64,000 nucleotides of DNA from Octopus sinensis (taxonomy: Eukaryota). This document shows positions 63,342-64,000 of this stretch, one piece after another; the stretch's first letter is position 1, and each line of letters opens with the position of its first letter. The stretch is taken from positions 202,058,001 through 202,122,000 of the forward strand of contig NC_042997.1 in NCBI RefSeq assembly GCF_006345805.1, in the 5' to 3' direction. The position numbers and the translations under genes are program-made. Below the pieces are notes generated by a model. It was not told where the DNA came from, did no database searches, and saw nothing but the letters and a program-made list of their open reading frames with translations.

Positions 63342-64000
63342 AGGTGTGGCTGTGTGGTAAAAAGTATGCTTCCCAACCGCAGGGTTCCAATTTCAGTCCC
63401 ACTGCATGGCACCTTGGGCATGTGTCTTGGATTGACCAAAGCCTTATGAATGGATTTGGTAGATGGAAACTGAAGGAAGCCCATTGTGTATATACATATA
63501 TATATATATTGTTATGTCTGGAGAGAGTCATTTTCTTTTAGTGCCTTATAGTTTAACACACTTACCAATAAAATTTCCACTCATTTACTTATTTATTTTT
63601 CTAAAATTTTCGTTGCATCTTGTAACCTTTTCAATAGTTTAGACTCAAAACTATTGAAAAGGCTGCAAGATGCAATGAAAATTTTAGAAAAATAAAAAAA
63701 TAAATAAATGGAAATTTTACCGGTGAACGTGTTAAATTATAAGACACCAAAAGAGAATGACTCTCCAGACACAACAGAATATGCTTCAACACACAAACTC
63801 ACATAAAAAAATTTTGCAAACCAAATCCAAAAACGAAATGTGTGTGTGTGTATATGCTCAAGTGTATGTCTTTGTTCCCTACCACTACTTGTCAACCAAT
63901 GTTGGTGTGTTTATGTCTCTGTAACTTAGCAGTTTGGCAAAATAAACTAGTAGAATAAGTAGCAGGCTTACAAAAAACCAGGGTTTGATTTGGTCAGCTA
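63342..64000 (+). mobile_element. SINE group A split by an insertion in its internal microsatellite
   Basis: Head 63342-63485; 3' half resumes at about 63840. Confidence 0.82.
63510..63776. repeat. Fold-back element, arms about 130 bp, 7-nt loop
   Basis: tgttatgtctggagagagtcatt...ttttcaatagttt / agactca / aaactattgaaaa...aatgactctccagacacaaca. Confidence 0.92.

Overview
This is AT-rich, microsatellite-dense eukaryotic DNA. I found no intact long gene. Nearly every ORF in the supplied track is a translation of a SINE, a LINE tail or a simple repeat. The repeat content and composition look like an octopus or other coleoid cephalopod genome (inference from recognition, not from a search). The window is probably the inside of very long introns. 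One candidate 90-nt plus-strand exon lies at 49973-50062. Mobile DNA present: three tRNA-headed SINE groups (called A, C, D here); many 5'-truncated 3' ends of an RTE-clade LINE (group B, (GAT)n tails); decayed RTE, R4/Dong and CR1 coding fragments; a Tc1/mariner fragment; TTAA (piggyBac-type) and hAT MITEs; a non-autonomous Helitron; and a Helentron/HINE-like element. A 31-copy 32-bp minisatellite arose inside a SINE. The most interesting signal is a set of hammerhead-ribozyme-like motifs and fold-back elements, several embedded in (TA)n tracts. One type I hammerhead with a complete core lies on the minus strand at 49645-49761, and degenerate ones lie at about 3.7, 3.97, 48.26 and 61.88 kb. 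These suggest Penelope-like or retrozyme-like non-autonomous elements. Family letters are my own labels. Boundaries of old repeats are approximate, and all pairings were read by eye.
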